DNA of 64,000 nucleotides from a virus (Duplodnaviria; Caudoviricetes): IMG/VR virus record IMGVR_UViG_3300025889_000070; one strand, 5' to 3'. Shown piece by piece: positions 61,831 to 64,000 of this stretch (position 1 is its first letter; each line of letters starts with the position of its first letter). The notes under the pieces were generated by a model. It saw only the letters and a program-made list of their open reading frames with translations, ran no database searches and was not told where the DNA came from. The position numbers and the translations under genes were made by a program.

Positions 61831-62682
61831 ATGAACTACTACGACCTCCTTGGTATAGAGAAAAATGCATCTGCTGATCAGATTAAAAGTGCCTTTAGAA
61901 CAAAAGCAAGGCACACCCATCCTGATGCTGGTGGAGATCCTGAAGATTTTAAAAAACTTAATGAAGCCTACGAAACACTAAAAGATCCTAGCAAAAGAGC
62001 TGAATATGATCATGTTAGTAGCGGTGCTGGTAGAATACATGTTAATATAAACGGCAATCCACACAATATATTCAGTAACATATTTCAAGACATACACAAT
62101 GTTTTTGGTGAAGAAACAGGGCCATTTGCTAGTAATAGAACCTATCATAGACAAAATAAAAATCGCGATTTAAGTATAGAATATACATGCAGGCTAGAAG
62201 ATACATTACAATCTCAGGAAAAACAAGTAAGCGTAAAGCATCTAAGTGGTGAAAGAAAACTTGTCCAGATTAGTATTCCAGTGGGTGCCAAGGACGGACA
62301 AAGAATAAAATATACAGGGTTGGGTGATACAACTATGACGCAGTTGACACCTGGCGATTTGTATGTTACAATAAAGATCGTTAAGAGTAATAAATTTGAA
62401 GTACAGGGAAATCATTTATACACTGACGTAACTATAGATTGTTTTGACGCAATACTTGGATCTACTATACAAATTCAAAATTTGCAGGGAAAAACTTTAA
62501 ACCTTATTATTCCAGCTGGCACACAAACAGGAACTCAGTTTAGTTTAAAACAGCAGGGTTTATATGAGATAAACAATGATAAACTAAGAGGAAATTTGGT
62601 GGCAAAAGTACATGTAAAGATTCCGCAAAATCTTACACCTGACCAGTTAAATATGTTAAGAAGTATCAGAGAGAATAGATGA
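61831..62682 (+). CDS. dnaJ: DnaJ/CbpA-type J-domain chaperone (no Zn finger)
   Basis: YYDLLG, HPD, AYETL.D..KR..YD; GDLYV; IP.GT..G. Confidence 0.9.
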   Translation: MNYYDLLGIEKNASADQIKSAFRTKARHTHPDAGGDPEDFKKLNEAYETLKDPSKRAEYDHVSSGAGRIHVNINGNPHNIFSNIFQDIHNVFGEETGPFASNRTYHRQNKNRDLSIEYTCRLEDTLQSQEKQVSVKHLSGERKLVQISIPVGAKDGQRIKYTGLGDTTMTQLTPGDLYVTIKIVKSNKFEVQGNHLYTDVTIDCFDAILGSTIQIQNLQGKTLNLIIPAGTQTGTQFSLKQQGLYEINNDKLRGNLVAKVHVKIPQNLTPDQLNMLRSIRENR

Positions 62683-64000
62683 AAACTAGTAAAAATTTGG
62701 ACAAATTAATACAAGACGCTAAAAAGATAGCAGCCACCAACAAAAACAGGTATATTACTAGTGAGCACGTCTTATATATTATATTACAAGAAAATGATAT
62801 CAATAAACTCCTGGCGGACTATGGCACAAATCTTAATAGTTTATTACAAGAATTAAATGAATTTATAGACAGTAAACTACCCAAGGACCTAAAAAGCGAT
62901 CAACAACCAGTAAAAACTCATAGTTTGGACCGCATATTTAATAGAGCATATACGCAGGTATTGTTTAGTGGTAGAGAAGAACTTATTATACTTGACATCC
63001 TAATAAGTATGCTCAATGAAAACAATACAATGAGTGGATATTTTTTGTTAAAATATGGACTACAAAAAGACGAGTTTAGTGAGTACGTAACAAAATATTA
63101 TAATAGTAACATAATGGTTAAGGAAGCCAAAAAATACTATGCTAAACTGTTGAATGAATACTGTACAGATTTTACTGAACTTGCAAATCAAGGAAAAATA
63201 GATCCTGCTATTGGTAGAGATACCATACTAGATGATATCTGTCAGACCATGGCAAGACGCAACAAAAGCAACGTGCTCATGGTCGGTGATCCTGGTGTGG
63301 GCAAGACTGCTATTGCTGAAGGATTGGCAATTAAAATAACAAACGACGATGTTCCGGGTTACCTCAAAGAACATAAGGTATATAACCTTGATGTGGGTGT
63401 ACTGCTTGCTGGCACACAGTATAGAGGCCAATTTGAAGAACGTGTCAAGGAAGTAATGGAAGCACTTATTAATGAGGGCAACTGTATCCTGTTTATCGAC
63501 GAAGCACATACCATGAAGGGTGCAGGATCCGGTGGCAATGGCGGCACAGACTTTGCTAACATGTTAAAACCCTATCTGGGCCGTAATAAACTAAAAGTTA
63601 TTGCCAGCACAACCTGGGAAGAATACACAGAAAGTTTTGAAAAAGACCGTGCCCTAATGCGGCGCTTTTATCGCATTACAGTGGATGAGCCTAGTCCAAA
63701 ATTAGCAAAACAGATCCTAAACGGTTCAGTAAAGTACTATGAAGAATTTCACAGTGTGCTAATTGCTCCTGATAGTATCGATAGTGCAGTGGACTTGAGT
63801 GTTAGGTTCATGACAGACAAGAGGCTGCCTGATAAGGCGTTTGATCTTATTGACAGTGCTTGTGCTAGACAGCGACTACTAGAAGTTGAATATCCCAGTA
63901 TTACCAAAGAACTTATTGAACTTGAATGTAGCAAGATTACCGGTATACCCCTGGATCAAATAAGTGACACAGTGAACAAAACAGTAAACTTACGGAAAGT
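62679..64000 (+). CDS. clpA: ClpA/ClpB AAA+ chaperone (3' truncated by window edge)
   Basis: Clp N-domain, IDPAIGR, GDPGVGKTA, FIDEAH, ALMRRF, LPDKAFDLID; in frame from ATG 62679; absent from the ORF track. Confidence 0.9.
   Translation, partial: MKTSKNLDKLIQDAKKIAATNKNRYITSEHVLYIILQENDINKLLADYGTNLNSLLQELNEFIDSKLPKDLKSDQQPVKTHSLDRIFNRAYTQVLFSGREELIILDILISMLNENNTMSGYFLLKYGLQKDEFSEYVTKYYNSNIMVKEAKKYYAKLLNEYCTDFTELANQGKIDPAIGRDTILDDICQTMARRNKSNVLMVGDPGVGKTAIAEGLAIKITNDDVPGYLKEHKVYNLDVGVLLAGTQYRGQFEERVKEVMEALINEGNCILFIDEAHTMKGAGSGGNGGTDFANMLKPYLGRNKLKVIASTTWEEYTESFEKDRALMRRFYRITVDEPSPKLAKQILNGSVKYYEEFHSVLIAPDSIDSAVDLSVRFMTDKRLPDKAFDLIDSACARQRLLEVEYPSITKELIELECSKITGIPLDQISDTVNKTVNLRK

Noticed and set aside
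63228-63934. Three minus-strand ORFs at the right edge
   Set aside because: Antisense shadows of the + strand clpA frame.
1-64000. Cellular (bacterial) origin of the window
   Set aside because: Despite many host-like genes, the dense small hypothetical ORFs, virion genes, lysis cassette, gp44-type clamp loader and T4-type late motifs indicate a phage.

Overview
The window is part of a large AT-rich lytic dsDNA phage genome of T4-like myovirus type. Evidence: gp44/RFC-type clamp loader, GroES, PhoH, T4-type lysozyme with overlapping Rz/Rz1 spanins (Gram-negative host), a long Ig-repeat virion protein, (T)ATAAATA late-promoter motifs, about 11 sigma70-like early promoters and 7 tRNAs. It carries many auxiliary genes: amidinotransferase, HAD-nucleotidyltransferase, MaoC hydratase, UvsE, saccharopine-dehydrogenase family, a fatty-acid desaturase/acyl-CoA dehydrogenase/thioesterase operon, TilS overlapping tRNA-Ile2(CAU), an ArfA-like peptide, IF-1, IscA, YeaG-YeaH-SpoVR, TctA/TctC, a PiT-like transporter, DnaJ and ClpA. 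The most unusual feature is at the left edge: the tail of a probable Sm/LSm-fold gene followed by four translationally coupled short genes that share the leader MFQTKRIKTR and have Ser-Arg/Trp/Gly repeat cores. Five or six hairpin-rich intergenic elements look like unannotated structured RNAs, the best being about 200 nt at 42959-43158. Several genes are broken at sharp junctions (about 2686, 5390, 20812, 25655), indicating mosaicism or misassembly. No rRNA, CRISPR array, transposase, integrase or reverse transcriptase was seen. All functional calls come from reading motifs by eye; no database searches were run.
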